IMG/VR virus record: IMGVR_UViG_3300005518_000004
Location: 1,869 to 65,868 of that record
DNA length: 64,000 bases
DNA from: a virus
Lineage: Duplodnaviria > Caudoviricetes
Direction: 5' to 3' (one strand)
Part shown: one piece after another, positions 25,801 to 33,560 of the stretch
Layout: every line of letters begins with the position of its first letter
Numbering within the stretch: position 1 is the first letter of the stretch
Program-made: the position numbers and the translations under genes
Notes under the pieces: generated by a model
Told to the model about the DNA's origin: nothing
The model's database searches: none
The model's input: only the letters and a program-made list of their open reading frames with translations

Positions 25801-26577
25801 GTGGTCTACTACAACGAAATTGATCCGTATTGTGCTCAGTGGCTGCGGAATCTCATAGTCGATGAGCAGCTGCCGTTTGGCGAAGTCGACCAGCGTGATA
25901 TACGGGAGGTAAGCGCGAATGACGTTAAAGGGTATCGGCAGTGTCACTGGTTTGCCGGGATCGGGGGGTGGGCCTACGCTCTTGAGCTTGCAGGGTGGCC
26001 CGCTGACCGTGGGGTGTGGACCGGCTCCTGCCCCTGCCAGCCCTTCTCCTGCGCCGGCAAACGGCAAGGCGAGTCGGATGATCGCCATCTGTGGCCCGAC
26101 TGGGGGAGTCTCATTAGCGTCTGCCAGCCTCCAGTCGTGTTTGGAGAGCAGGTTGCGGGCCTCGCTGGACGCAGCTGGCTCTCTGGAGTACGTGCTGACC
26201 TGGAAGCATTGGGATATGGAGTTGGGGCTGCCGATCTGTGCGCTGCGGGCATCGGAGCTCCGCATAAAAGACAACGGCTACATTGGGTTGCTTCTGCCAA
26301 CGTGTACGGCAGACGACTCCACCGGTCGGCAGCTACACAAGCCAAAGATGACGCACAGCGGAACGTTTCGGCACAACAACAAGTCTGGAACGCAGTCTCA
26401 TACCCGCCTTTCACAAGTCTTGAATCATCTAGGCAGGTCGGATCTTGCCGTGTCCGCGACTTTCCGAGGATGGATGATGGGGTTCCCCATGGCATGGACG
26501 CAGTGCGCGCCTACGGCAATGCCATCGTGCCGCCGCTCGCAGCCGAATTCATAAGAGCGTTTATGGATTGCCATTGA
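25801..26577 (+). CDS. C5 cytosine DNA methyltransferase, alpha-type subunit (lacks motif IX)
   Basis: FAGIGG (I), GSCPCQPFS (IV), EQV (VI), H.RQR (VIII), YGNAIV (X). Confidence 0.92.
   Translation: MVYYNEIDPYCAQWLRNLIVDEQLPFGEVDQRDIREVSANDVKGYRQCHWFAGIGGWAYALELAGWPADRGVWTGSCPCQPFSCAGKRQGESDDRHLWPDWGSLISVCQPPVVFGEQVAGLAGRSWLSGVRADLEALGYGVGAADLCAAGIGAPHKRQRLHWVASANVYGRRLHRSAATQAKDDAQRNVSAQQQVWNAVSYPPFTSLESSRQVGSCRVRDFPRMDDGVPHGMDAVRAYGNAIVPPLAAEFIRAFMDCH
25919..26554 (+). CDS. C5 methyltransferase beta-type subunit nested in +1 frame
   Basis: GGAGGT SD 8 nt before ATG; LPT...RLSQV...RGWMMGFPMAWT resembles motif IX. Confidence 0.75.
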   Translation: MTLKGIGSVTGLPGSGGGPTLLSLQGGPLTVGCGPAPAPASPSPAPANGKASRMIAICGPTGGVSLASASLQSCLESRLRASLDAAGSLEYVLTWKHWDMELGLPICALRASELRIKDNGYIGLLLPTCTADDSTGRQLHKPKMTHSGTFRHNNKSGTQSHTRLSQVLNHLGRSDLAVSATFRGWMMGFPMAWTQCAPTAMPSCRRSQPNS

Positions 26578-26609
26578 CCGCTGCCGCAGTCTATGTTACA
26601 TTTAAACCG
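26574..26609 (+). promoter_or_regulatory. sigma70-like promoter with box over -10
   Basis: TTGACC-17-TACATT; GTTACATTTAAAC at 26595-26607. Confidence 0.72.
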
Positions 26610-26629
26610 AATCCAAGGAGCCCATAATC

Positions 26630-26968
26630 ATGGCCAACGCCTACGTACCCGCCGCCGACCGCGAGCAAATCTCCGCTATCCGCACCATTCTTCAGCCGCG
26701 CCTCGCCGCTATCAAGGAGCAACTGGCTATCGAGGCCAACTGGCGCGACCGCTGGCAGGGGCCGCTGCATGCCGCCGAAGTCGCCGCCCTAACGTTTGAA
26801 TTCCAGTGGGTGGATTCGCTGCTCAACACTCTTCTCTACAACTACGAGAACGCCGTGGATCAGTGGGCGGTGAACGACCCCGAATATAAGAGGCTGCATA
26901 TGCACCAGCCGCCCAAGCCCGCCCTGCCCTCGTCTCTGGCGGCGTTTCTGCCCAAATCCGATGCCTGA
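26630..26968 (+). CDS. hypothetical protein
   Basis: SD AAGGAG. Confidence 0.75.
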   Translation: MANAYVPAADREQISAIRTILQPRLAAIKEQLAIEANWRDRWQGPLHAAEVAALTFEFQWVDSLLNTLLYNYENAVDQWAVNDPEYKRLHMHQPPKPALPSSLAAFLPKSDA

Positions 26969-27320
26969 CACACCACTCACCAAAGCCGAGTTGCGACGAA
27001 TAGAGGGCGACTTTATCAACGGAACTTTAAGTATCACTATTCCCGCTCTGGTCGCGGAGTTCAGGCGACTGCGGGCGGATCTCAAACAGGCGGCGAAGGA
27101 TGCTGATTATAAGACAGAAGTTCTAGTAGCCACGAGGGACTTCTTATCCTCCGTGCAAAAGCAGTTGGGTATTGTGCCGACACAGAATGCGTATTCGGCC
27201 AAAATGGCTGAAGGGGAAATGAATACCGCGCGCGCGGTTGCTGATCTGAATTCAATTACAGAGCGGCCCGATCCTGACTGGCTCAAGCGCGTGCGCGAGA
27301 GGGAGGGGAAGAATGGCTGA
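26961..27320 (+). CDS. hypothetical protein
   Basis: IPALVAEFRRLR motif common in small phage proteins. Confidence 0.7.
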   Translation: MPDTPLTKAELRRIEGDFINGTLSITIPALVAEFRRLRADLKQAAKDADYKTEVLVATRDFLSSVQKQLGIVPTQNAYSAKMAEGEMNTARAVADLNSITERPDPDWLKRVREREGKNG

Positions 27321-27393
27321 TTACTGGTGGATAGAGGGCTTTATCATCGGCGTATTTTGTTTGTGGGTACTCAGGAAAGCACATATTTTATGA
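27313..27393 (+). CDS. 26-aa membrane peptide
   Basis: MADYWWIEGFIIGVFCLWVLRKAHIL; SD GGAGG, ATGA overlap downstream. Confidence 0.55.
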   Translation: MADYWWIEGFIIGVFCLWVLRKAHIL

Positions 27394-27644
27394 CTGACAC
27401 CCTACAACTGGATCTGAGTGATGATGGGCTGCGGGAAATGGTTGCTAAGCAGGTTAGACCCATCCGACACGCGAGTGGCGTACCTGATGAAATCGCAGTC
27501 GAATTACTCCGCTCCGTCCGCGACCAGGCTCGTGCGGCAGAGCGGAAGAAGACGCTGCTATGGGTTGCGGATCAATTAGACGGGGAACGCTTTTGGGTTG
27601 AATGGTTGCGTCGCGCCGCCGAGGAGGGAGCGAAAGATGCCTGA
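27390..27644 (+). CDS. hypothetical protein
   Basis: Coupled ORF. Confidence 0.65.
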   Translation: MTDTLQLDLSDDGLREMVAKQVRPIRHASGVPDEIAVELLRSVRDQARAAERKKTLLWVADQLDGERFWVEWLRRAAEEGAKDA

Positions 27645-27795
27645 GTCCCGTTACTGGCAGCACAACAATCCAATCGACTGCCCAAAAGGTCACCAGATGA
27701 TCTGGTCCGGTTCGGTCTATTGGCTCTGCTGCGAGTGCCATCAGGTATACGTACAGGTCAGAGAAGAAGAAGAGGAGGGAGGCAAAGATGCCTGA
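27637..27795 (+). CDS. small zinc-ribbon protein
   Basis: CPKGH...CCEC. Confidence 0.6.
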   Translation: MPESRYWQHNNPIDCPKGHQMIWSGSVYWLCCECHQVYVQVREEEEEGGKDA

Positions 27796-28036
27796 GCTAA
27801 ATGGGATTAGGTATGGAATTGGAAATAGCAGAGGTGAGCCTGCTGGAGCTTGCGGGCCATTCCATGAGTTCCCTCCAGGGCCGGATCATATGTGCCAATG
27901 TTGCAGACCGGCACCAGATGATCCCGAGATAATAAGGGCCAATAAATGGCTTGAGAAACGGCACATCAGCACCAAATATAGCAGCAAGGAGTGGGGCGAG
28001 GGATTGGTTAAATGGGACGAGGCCGGAAGACCGTGA
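27788..28036 (+). CDS. hypothetical protein
   Basis: SD GGAGG. Confidence 0.6.
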   Translation: MPELNGIRYGIGNSRGEPAGACGPFHEFPPGPDHMCQCCRPAPDDPEIIRANKWLEKRHISTKYSSKEWGEGLVKWDEAGRP

Positions 28037-28353
28037 TGTCTAACCCATTAACCGCCGAGAGAGCGCGGGAGATCGCACGTGATAGCCTGAAACGTGCCAC
28101 TGGGTTTCCGGTAGAGTTGATGCACCCTGTAGTAATCAACAGCATTGCCGCTGATTTCATCGACCAGCACATCGAAACGCTGGAGGCGTGCGCGAAGCAA
28201 CGCTGTTTTTGCTTTGAAGAAGGCTACCGTACATATGAGGATGGATACGGGATCTACAGGCACGAAAGAAAAGGAATACGAGAAACTTGCCATGCCCAAT
28301 ACGAGCAACGCGAACTCATCCGCCTGAAACGCGAACTGGAGAAACTATGTTAG
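28033..28353 (+). CDS. hypothetical protein (paralog of next gene)
   Basis: AREIA...IETLEA...RELIRLK. Confidence 0.7.
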   Translation: MMSNPLTAERAREIARDSLKRATGFPVELMHPVVINSIAADFIDQHIETLEACAKQRCFCFEEGYRTYEDGYGIYRHERKGIRETCHAQYEQRELIRLKRELEKLC

Positions 28354-28652
28354 CTGATAAAGCGCGGGAGATCGCAACTAGGTTTCTTGTCGATCTCGGA
28401 GTATGGATCGCACAGAGCAAGGGGATGGAGCACAATATTGGCAAGCTGACCGCTGTCTTGCTCGTCCAAGCCTTGGACGCTCGCATAGAGACGCTGGAGG
28501 CGTGGCTCGTAATACATCGACGCAACCGTTTGCATTGGACTGAGTATGACCGATCAGATGACTGTTTGGAATGTACAGATTTAAAGCGCGAACTCACCCG
28601 CCTGCGTAAGGAGCGGGAGACGCTAACTGCCGCTAGTACAATAATTGAGTGA
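28347..28652 (+). CDS. hypothetical protein (paralog of previous gene)
   Basis: AREIA...IETLEA...RELTRLR. Confidence 0.7.
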   Translation: MLADKAREIATRFLVDLGVWIAQSKGMEHNIGKLTAVLLVQALDARIETLEAWLVIHRRNRLHWTEYDRSDDCLECTDLKRELTRLRKERETLTAASTIIE

Positions 28653-29392
28653 TCCCCCTACTCCTCCTGCTCCTCTCCCAGCTCCCCAACCGTACCGACT
28701 TCATCTGCGAGTCCTCGAACATCCGCTACGTCTGCGGCTCGGCCTCTACTGGCTTCTACCACGCCATGCTCGATCCCCCTCCCATCTACGATACTCCCCT
28801 ATATAAGGTGAGTCTGGATGCCCCTCCCCAAGACCCCCTTCCCCCTCCCGTTCCCATCACCGTCAGCTTCTCCGGCCAGGGAGCCCAGGCCCTCTACGCG
28901 CTCACCGGCAAGCGCATCCCCGGCCTCCAACTCGTGCAGGCGACTATATGCTCCCCTATCACCACCCAAATCTCCGTCGGCGAAGTCATTCAGCTGGCCA
29001 ACGCCCACCACTTTCAAACGCAGTTACCGGAGATTTCAGCGGCCATCATCCGTCGCACCTCGAACCTCAACTGGCGCAACGTGGCGGTGAACACGAGCCG
29101 CATCCTCACTGGGGCCGCCCTGGTGCTCATAACAGGAGGTACGATAGCCGCTACTCCGGCGTGGCAGGTGGGGATGGCGTTGGCGCATACTGGGTCGGAC
29201 GCGCTACCGGGATTGTTTAGCTTAGGGACGCCCGACCCCTCCCCCTTCCTCAACTCGGTGGTCCCGGCTGATAGCCAACTAGACTTGGTGGTGCCAGCGG
29301 GGTCCGACCGCCGCTGCCGCTCGATCATGCTCACCGCCGTCTACGGCAAGACTACCCCAGTCCTTACCGGCCCCCTACCATTGCGCCCATGA
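28649..29392 (+). CDS. exported/membrane protein, possibly lysis-associated
   Basis: Hydrophobic N-terminus MIPLLLLLL, internal hydrophobic hairpin, Cys pairs. Confidence 0.65.
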   Translation: MIPLLLLLLSQLPNRTDFICESSNIRYVCGSASTGFYHAMLDPPPIYDTPLYKVSLDAPPQDPLPPPVPITVSFSGQGAQALYALTGKRIPGLQLVQATICSPITTQISVGEVIQLANAHHFQTQLPEISAAIIRRTSNLNWRNVAVNTSRILTGAALVLITGGTIAATPAWQVGMALAHTGSDALPGLFSLGTPDPSPFLNSVVPADSQLDLVVPAGSDRRCRSIMLTAVYGKTTPVLTGPLPLRP

Positions 29393-29568
29393 CCATTCAA
29401 GAACGCAAAGCACTGTGGCAGGGAATTGTTCACCCATGGGACTGGAGGTTCTGGGCTCCGCCTAAGCGCTACAAGCCCGGAATGATCTGGCATTGTCATG
29501 GCACGGAACCGTGGTGGGCTTGGGATCAGCGTCTGCCATTGCCGCAGAGGAAAATATACAAAGGGTAG
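29389..29568 (+). CDS. 59-aa Trp-rich protein
   Basis: MTIQERKALWQGIVHPWDWRFW...; ATGA-coupled. Confidence 0.5.
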   Translation: MTIQERKALWQGIVHPWDWRFWAPPKRYKPGMIWHCHGTEPWWAWDQRLPLPQRKIYKG

Positions 29569-29613
29569 AGGTCGTTGCGCCCCCTGCCCTAAACCTCGTA
29601 CTATAGGTCACGG

Positions 29614-29955
29614 ATGGCCACTATCACGCTTGACTGGAGAAACTGGGCATATGGCATTGGAGCGGGCTTCATCGGCGGGGGCGCCAACGCTGTCGTGGGC
29701 GGCGTGGTGATCAACCTGGTCGACGCCAAGGACTTCAACATCTACACCCTCAAGTTCTACGTCATGGTGGGGATGATGTTTGTAGGCAATGGCATGATGT
29801 CGATGCTCGCATTTCTGGCCCAGCACCCGCTCCCCACTGTCAAAACCGTAACTACGGTCGAAACCACCGAGAAGCAGCCACCGTCCACCGTAGTAGTTAC
29901 TAAAGTAGAAGAGACCGTGATCAAGCCCGCCGACCCCCTCAAGCCCAAACCCTAG
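29614..29955 (+). CDS. holin-like membrane protein
   Basis: Two hydrophobic segments, charged tail. Confidence 0.6.
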   Translation: MATITLDWRNWAYGIGAGFIGGGANAVVGGVVINLVDAKDFNIYTLKFYVMVGMMFVGNGMMSMLAFLAQHPLPTVKTVTTVETTEKQPPSTVVVTKVEETVIKPADPLKPKP

Positions 29956-29969
29956 ACCCCTACTGCTCG

Positions 29970-30263
29970 ATGCCCATATCCCACAGCTCCAAATATGTAG
30001 CCGCCGTCGTGATTATGGCGCTCATCGGCATCGTCGGCATCCTGGTAGTGGTAGGGTTGCGCCCCGCCCAGGACAACACTGCCCTCATCACCCTCATCAT
30101 CGGCTTCCTAGCCCCTACCACGCTCTCCCTGCTCACCTTCATCAAAGCCGAGGAAACGCACCATTCCGTCAACAGCCGCCTGGACACCCTTTTAGCCGTC
30201 GAGCGCCGCGCCTCCCGCGCCGAGGGATTTGAGGAAGGCAGAACCCACCGCGATCCTGCATAA
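29970..30263 (+). CDS. holin-like membrane protein
   Basis: Two TM segments then H.SVNSRLD. Confidence 0.6.
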   Translation: MPISHSSKYVAAVVIMALIGIVGILVVVGLRPAQDNTALITLIIGFLAPTTLSLLTFIKAEETHHSVNSRLDTLLAVERRASRAEGFEEGRTHRDPA

Positions 30264-30731
30264 CTAGGTGATATGTCGCCATGTTTTCCTTCTGATGATG
30301 GCAGATACCGTTGTCTGCTCTACTCCGTATCTTTTTGCTAATTCATACTGATTAACACCAGATCGGTAAGCGGATCTGAGTTCGGATATTTGCTCTGTAG
30401 TGAACTTGGCCCATGCTCGATTCTGCCCTCTTGGCATTCTCTTTTTGGCGATCATATCGGCTAAATTCGCCCCTTGAGTGCCAAGGAATAGGTGGTCTGG
30501 TCGAACGCATGCTGGATTGTCGCAGAGATGGCAGACATAGAGCTTTCCTGGGGAAATTCCATTGTATAGTTCCCAGGAGAACCGGTGTGCCCTTACTGGG
30601 CTGGCACCTTTGGAAATTCCGAACATTCCATAGCCGTCTACGTAATAGCCCCCAGTCCAGACCCAGCATGTCTCTGTCTTCCAAACAAAGCGCCAAAATC
30701 TTATAGCTGGTGGGATACTGTTACGAGGCAT
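30264..30731 (-). CDS. HNH homing endonuclease (HNH_3 type) with C-terminal HTH
   Basis: RFW, CWVWTG, AHRFSW, VCHLCDNPACVRPDHLFLGT..N..D; lower GC, antisense insertion. Confidence 0.92.
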   Translation of the reverse strand: MPRNSIPPAIRFWRFVWKTETCWVWTGGYYVDGYGMFGISKGASPVRAHRFSWELYNGISPGKLYVCHLCDNPACVRPDHLFLGTQGANLADMIAKKRMPRGQNRAWAKFTTEQISELRSAYRSGVNQYELAKRYGVEQTTVSAIIRRKTWRHIT

Positions 30732-30824
30732 GCGAGAAATTCGCCTTTCTCCGTGCTATTGGGGGAGGTGACTGTTAATGGCAGTCACACTCCTCTATTG
30801 TATACCTAAGAAAAAGGAGCGAAG

Positions 30825-31007
30825 ATGCCGCTCATTATCAATCTTCTGATCTTCTGCGTAGTCCTCGCCGTTATTTGGTGGATCTGGACGCTGCTGCCCC
30901 TTCCCCAGCCGGCCAAAAACATCGTGCTCATCGTTTTGCTGATTCTATTGCTGATCACGCTCGTCGGCTATCTCGGTCCTGTATATTGGCCCGCACGCGT
31001 CCGCTAA
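30825..31007 (+). CDS. small two-TM membrane protein
   Basis: LLPLPQPAKNI between two TM helices. Confidence 0.75.
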   Translation: MPLIINLLIFCVVLAVIWWIWTLLPLPQPAKNIVLIVLLILLLITLVGYLGPVYWPARVR

Positions 31008-31033
31008 GTCAGCTACCATAGGATCACCCCTCG

Positions 31034-31330
31034 GTGAAAGTGAGGATACTGGTGAAGAAGCCCGACAAGCTGCCGCCCAACCTGTTTCAGCGCCTGGACG
31101 ATCTGATCGCCAACATCATTGGATCCAGTCATCGCCAGATCCTGAAGAAGCTCGATCTACTCCAGGCCGATGTCACCATCATCAAATCCATCTTGCTAGT
31201 CCCGCCTGGAGGGGGAGGGGGAGACGACCAATCCCAGATCGACGACGCCACCCAGAAAATATTAGAATCAACCACCCGGCTGAAGGCGTCTAGCGATGCC
31301 CTCAAAGCCCTGGTGGAAGCCGAGCAATAA
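31034..31330 (+). CDS. hypothetical coiled-coil protein
   Basis: 98 aa ORF. Confidence 0.65.
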   Translation: MKVRILVKKPDKLPPNLFQRLDDLIANIIGSSHRQILKKLDLLQADVTIIKSILLVPPGGGGGDDQSQIDDATQKILESTTRLKASSDALKALVEAEQ

Positions 31331-31350
31331 ACCTAAAAGGAGATTCACCC

Positions 31351-31626
31351 ATGCCCGCAAACGATTTCACCGCGCTCAACCAAGCGATCTCGACGCTGAC
31401 CGACCAAGTATCCGCTACCGAAACCACCGAAGCCGGTGCCGTTGCCCTGATTAAAGGGTTCTCGGCATCTCTGCAAAAAGCCGTAGCCGACGCACTGGCC
31501 GCCGACGACGCCGCCGACGCCGGTAGCATTGAGGCCGCCAACGCCGCTATTGCCGCCGTCACTGCCCGCTTCCAGGCATCTGCCGCCGCGCTCGGTGCTG
31601 CCGTGGCTGAAGTACCGCCCGCCTAA
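31351..31626 (+). CDS. Ala-rich acidic helical protein
   Basis: SD AAGGAG. Confidence 0.75.
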   Translation: MPANDFTALNQAISTLTDQVSATETTEAGAVALIKGFSASLQKAVADALAADDAADAGSIEAANAAIAAVTARFQASAAALGAAVAEVPPA

Positions 31627-31669
31627 ACGACTGGCTGCAACCGAAAGCGGGCATATAATAACGTTACGT

Positions 31670-31837
31670 ATGCCCGCTAAATCCCAAGCTCAACAGCGTT
31701 TATTTGCCGTAGCCGAGCACGCGCCCGGCAAGCTCTACTCTAGGAACAAAGGCTTGGCGTCTCTGCCCAAAAAGACGCTGCATGATTTTGCCGCCACCAA
31801 ACGTTCCAAGCTGCCGATGCGCGCCAAACCGCGTTAA
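31670..31837 (+). CDS. DUF3008-like small basic protein
   Basis: MPAKSQAQQR...LHDFAATKRSKLP. Confidence 0.7.
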   Translation: MPAKSQAQQRLFAVAEHAPGKLYSRNKGLASLPKKTLHDFAATKRSKLPMRAKPR

Positions 31838-31847
31838 ACTACTTTTT

Positions 31848-31988
31848 GTGCCCCACATCGTAGTGATTGTGCTTCTGACCATTCTAGGTGCTCTCGCTCT
31901 ATCGGCAACCATTCTCGCTTGGCTGGAACTATATTGGCATGCGCGAGAAGTAGAGCGGCGGGAGCGCAAATGGGGAGGGCTAGATTAA
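31848..31988 (+). CDS. small membrane protein
   Basis: Single TM plus charged tail. Confidence 0.5.
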   Translation: MPHIVVIVLLTILGALALSATILAWLELYWHAREVERRERKWGGLD

Positions 31989-32687
31989 GTGCCCCACATC
32001 CCCGCCATCGAGCGCCTGGACATGCTGCTCGACGACAACGGCAAAACCAAATCAATCGACCGCTATATAGCCGAAACCAGGGAAGTGGAAGCCCTCAAGG
32101 ACGCCTATATCCGGTCGTTATCCGACGACATCCGCCAGCAACTGATGTTCGACGACAGCCCCCAGATCGTGGCCTTCCTCAACGACCTGTGCAGCCCGCG
32201 CCAGAAGCAAAACGTCTACCAGGTGGCGCGCAAACACGGCATCACTCCGCTGGTGCTGGTTGGCGTGATGGAGCGATTCTATAAGCACCAGGTCGTCCAC
32301 AACTACTTCCGCGCCGGCCCCGCCGCCTCCCAACGCGTGATTGCCGAAGCCATGCCCCCTCCCGTCGCCTGCCAGACTTGCGGCGGTCGCGGCAGACTCT
32401 ATTTCCCGCCTCAGACCAACGATCAGGACAAGGTGGTGATGAAGGAAATGGTGCGCGACTGCCCCACCTGTGCGGGAACTGGGTCCACCATGCAGCCCGG
32501 CAGTATAGAGGCCCAGAAGATCATCTTCAAATCCATGGGGGTGATCGACTCCAAGGAATCCCAAGTCCAGGTGCAGGTGAACAACTTCAACGGGGTGGAA
32601 TCCGTCCTCGACGAGATTGAGCGGATGAAGAAAAAGCGCCCCGACCACCCTGAGATCGAGCTGGCGGCGGAGGCAACTGATGCTTGA
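31989..32687 (+). CDS. putative terminase small subunit with DnaJ-type Zn finger
   Basis: HTH-like VARKHGITP, CxxCxGxG twice, beta-tail QVQVQVNN; upstream of TerL. Confidence 0.45.
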   Translation: MPHIPAIERLDMLLDDNGKTKSIDRYIAETREVEALKDAYIRSLSDDIRQQLMFDDSPQIVAFLNDLCSPRQKQNVYQVARKHGITPLVLVGVMERFYKHQVVHNYFRAGPAASQRVIAEAMPPPVACQTCGGRGRLYFPPQTNDQDKVVMKEMVRDCPTCAGTGSTMQPGSIEAQKIIFKSMGVIDSKESQVQVQVNNFNGVESVLDEIERMKKKRPDHPEIELAAEATDA

Positions 32688-32847
32688 TACGCGTGGCTTT
32701 AGTGCATTCCTGCTGGATGAGTCTATTACTCGCTATGAGAACGATTGCGTGATCTGCGAGCGGCTACCGGACGGCTCTGTTCTTGTGACAGGTAAGCCGC
32801 TGAAGTCTGTCTTCATCTACGAACCGTTGGCGGCGGATGGCGAGTAG
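32680..32847 (+). CDS. 55-aa hypothetical protein
   Basis: SD GGAGG; fills the gap between genes. Confidence 0.55.
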   Translation: MLDTRGFSAFLLDESITRYENDCVICERLPDGSVLVTGKPLKSVFIYEPLAADGE

Positions 32848-33277
32848 CCCCCACTTCTCCGACGCCGAGTTGTGCTGCCACCACACCGTCCGCACCGTGG
32901 ATACCAACGGCATCCCCACCTTTAGCCCCTGTAACAAACTCGGCGCTACCCAGGAACTCGTGGACGCCCTGGAGCAGCTACGGCTCATTGTCGACCGCCC
33001 CATAGCCGTCAACTCCGCTTATCGCTGCCCCCAGCACCCCCTCTCTATTGCGCGTCCCGGCTCCATGCACGCCAAAGGACTAGCAGCCGACATCCGCGTA
33101 CGGGGGATGACCGCGAGAGAGCTATATAGGGAAGCCCAGAAGGTGACCGCATTCCACGGCTTTGGGGTGGACGACCGCAAACAGTATCTCCACATTGATC
33201 TCCGCCTATCCGACCATGTGGCATTGTGGACCTATGGCCCCGATGGCCGGACGCTGCCATGGACCGAGGCAGTGTAA
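32837..33277 (+). CDS. endolysin, peptidase M15 family
   Basis: HFS..EL.C, NSAYRC, SMH..GLAADI, LHIDLR. Confidence 0.9.
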   Translation: MASSPHFSDAELCCHHTVRTVDTNGIPTFSPCNKLGATQELVDALEQLRLIVDRPIAVNSAYRCPQHPLSIARPGSMHAKGLAADIRVRGMTARELYREAQKVTAFHGFGVDDRKQYLHIDLRLSDHVALWTYGPDGRTLPWTEAV

Positions 33278-33481
33278 ATGTTAGCGTTCGCACGTGCCCT
33301 CCTCATCTTGGCCCGCTACGTCCGCCGTGGGGCTGTGGCGCTGGAGGAACTAGTGAAGCTCTACCGCCTCGACCTAGACTCACGCGGCCTCATCCCCCCT
33401 ACCGCCTCTGTAGCCGACCCCGTAGAGGTGTCCTATCCAGGCGACCGCCGCCACCCCTCCGACCCCTTTGATGGTCTATAA
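33278..33481 (+). CDS. hypothetical protein
   Basis: 67 aa ORF. Confidence 0.55.
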   Translation: MLAFARALLILARYVRRGAVALEELVKLYRLDLDSRGLIPPTASVADPVEVSYPGDRRHPSDPFDGL

Positions 33482-33560
33482 TCCAACTAACGTTGTGGCA
33501 AGCTGTATTCTCATGCGATTGCGGGCGTAAGATTGCAGGGCGCGAGGTAAGCTGGACTAT

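Noticed and set aside
25792-26495. Antisense ORFs over the methylase (25792-26274, 25974-26495)
   Set aside because: No motifs or SD; long shadow ORFs are expected at this GC content.
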